NCBI GenBank assembly: GCA_018713795.1
Contig: DVOE01000085.1
Coordinates: 1-48,442 of the forward strand
Source: Candidatus Limadaptatus stercoripullorum
GTDB taxonomy: Bacteria > Bacillota > Clostridia > Christensenellales > CAG-917
Length of the DNA: 48,442 bases
Direction of reading: 5' to 3'
Each line of letters starts with the position of its first letter. The stretch's first letter is position 1. Of this stretch, positions 47,055 to 48,442 are shown in pieces. Position numbers and translations under genes: made by a program. The notes under the pieces are model-generated. The model searched no databases, was not told the origin of the DNA, and was given only the letters and a program-made list of their open reading frames with translations.

Positions 47055-48206
47055 ATGAGATTCGCAATAGTCAAAAGTGCCGCCGAACTCGGCGAGAGAG
47101 CGTTTTACGAGATCAAACGGGTGCTGGACGCCAAGCCCGACGCCGTCATAGGCTTCGCGACGGGCAGGACGCCGCTGCCGCTCTACGAGAAGATGGCGGA
47201 GGATCACAAGAAAAACGGCACGAGCTACAAGCGCGTCACCGCCATAAATCTTGACGAGTATGTGGGCATAGAGGCGAAGAACAAAAACAGCTTTGCCCGC
47301 TTCATGCGCGACAACCTCTTTTCCAAGATCGACATCGATCCCGCAAACACCAACATCCCCAACGGCATGGCGGAAGACCTCGAGGCGGAATGCGCGAGGT
47401 ACGCGGCGTTCGTCAAAGAACACCCCGCCGACATCCAGATCCTCGGGATAGGCGGCAACGGGCATATCGCATTCAACGAGCCTTACACCAAATACGACAC
47501 GGTGACGCACATCGCCACGCTGACTTCGCGCACCCGTTCGGACAACGCCGAAGGCTTCGGCAATCCCGCGCTGGTGCCCGGCTACGCGCTGACCATGGGC
47601 ATCGCGGAGATACTTTCCGCAAAGAAGATCCTCATGCTGGCGAGCGGCGAGGGCAAGGCGGAGGCGATCTATAACATGCTGCAGGGCAGAGACGACACTT
47701 CCTGTCCGGCGGCGGCGCTCAGAAAACATCCCGATGTCACCGTCGTGCTCGACGAGGCGGCGGCGAAATATCTCGAATTCGACAAGTGGGCGGCGATGAA
47801 CGCGGAGTCCGGTGCGGTCGAAGAGGACGCGGCGGAAGAAGAGGCGGAGGAAGTCCTTGCCGCTGAAGAAGAGCCCGCGGAAGCCGAAGAACAGCCCGCG
47901 GAGCAGGCGGCGCCCGAGAGCGAAGCCTCCGAAGAAGAGACGCCCGAGCAGACAGTCGAAGATGCTGCCGAAGAGGCTCCCGTCGAGGAGATCGAGGATG
48001 CTCCCGAGGAGAGGGAGTATCTCGAAGCGGAGATCATAGAAGATGACGACACCCCGGCAGGCGAGCCCGTTCCCGAAGAAAGGGAATACCTTGAGTCGGA
48101 GATAGTCGAGGACGACGAGGAAGAGCTCGTCGATCTCGGCGCGGGCGGCGCGACCGGCGAGAAAGAGCGCGGCAAAAAGAAGCGCGACAAGAAAAAGAGA
48201 AGATAA
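47055..48206 (+). CDS. nagB: Glucosamine-6-phosphate deaminase with ~140-aa acidic C-terminal extension
   Basis: GFATGRTP, NLDEYVG, LGIGGNGHIAFNEP and ALTMGI. Confidence 0.93.
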   Translation: MRFAIVKSAAELGERAFYEIKRVLDAKPDAVIGFATGRTPLPLYEKMAEDHKKNGTSYKRVTAINLDEYVGIEAKNKNSFARFMRDNLFSKIDIDPANTNIPNGMAEDLEAECARYAAFVKEHPADIQILGIGGNGHIAFNEPYTKYDTVTHIATLTSRTRSDNAEGFGNPALVPGYALTMGIAEILSAKKILMLASGEGKAEAIYNMLQGRDDTSCPAAALRKHPDVTVVLDEAAAKYLEFDKWAAMNAESGAVEEDAAEEEAEEVLAAEEEPAEAEEQPAEQAAPESEASEEETPEQTVEDAAEEAPVEEIEDAPEEREYLEAEIIEDDDTPAGEPVPEEREYLESEIVEDDEEELVDLGAGGATGEKERGKKKRDKKKRR

Positions 48207-48215
48207 AATTCCTCC

Positions 48216-48245
48216 GGAGGCGGGCAGACGCCCGCCTCTTTTTTT
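48216..48245 (+). terminator. Intrinsic terminator of nagB
   Basis: GGAGGCGGGC-agac-GCCCGCCTCT followed by a T-run. Confidence 0.85.
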
Positions 48246-48442
48246 ATGCCAGACAGGAATAATACGAACCAGCCTCGGAGCAATTCTTTTCGGCGCTTTT
48301 GCACAGCCGCAACTTGCCAATATATATACTATTGCCTGCGTTCCGCCAGAGCAAAATCATCCGAAAATCTCTTGCTCTGAGGTGCGAGCAGTTCCGCGCC
48401 AACCGATTTTTGGCTGAGCAAGGAAGTCGGCGAAGCTAATAC
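48245..48442. mobile_element. Family B element (truncated by window end)
   Basis: High identity to 37961-38158, including the TIR TATGCCAGACAGGAATAATACGAAC. Confidence 0.85.

Noticed and set aside
46797-48320. 507-aa minus-strand ORF
   Set aside because: Antisense to nagB and starts inside a repeat element.

Overview
High-GC chromosomal segment of a spore-forming Bacillota bacterium, probably Clostridia (inferred from gene content). It carries housekeeping genes: lysS, greA, split transketolase, a pyrC-carA-carB-pyrK-pyrD-pyrF-pyrE-pyrB operon, gdhA, purC-purF, a gerA-type operon, signal peptidase I, yyaC, mtnN, a sugar O-acetyltransferase, yitT and nagB. The most unusual material is mainly non-coding. 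(1) Two families of modular intergenic hairpin repeats show compensatory base changes, a shared internal-loop motif and C(GNA)G triloops, and in three cases contain the stop codon of the adjacent gene. (2) A ~3.4-kb gene-free region has a C-rich to G-rich skew flip and three parS palindromes, making it a candidate origin/centromere region with no dnaA next to it. (3) An AT-richer cassette encodes a zeta-toxin-like P-loop protein with degenerate catalytic motifs between two 56%-identical small paralogues, preceded by a candidate ~150-nt structured RNA. (4) A candidate terminator/antiterminator leader precedes purC. (5) Two paralogous large membrane proteins of unknown function lie in tandem. 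No transposase, integrase, CRISPR array, tRNA or rRNA was recognised. All motif calls were made by eye; no database searches were run.
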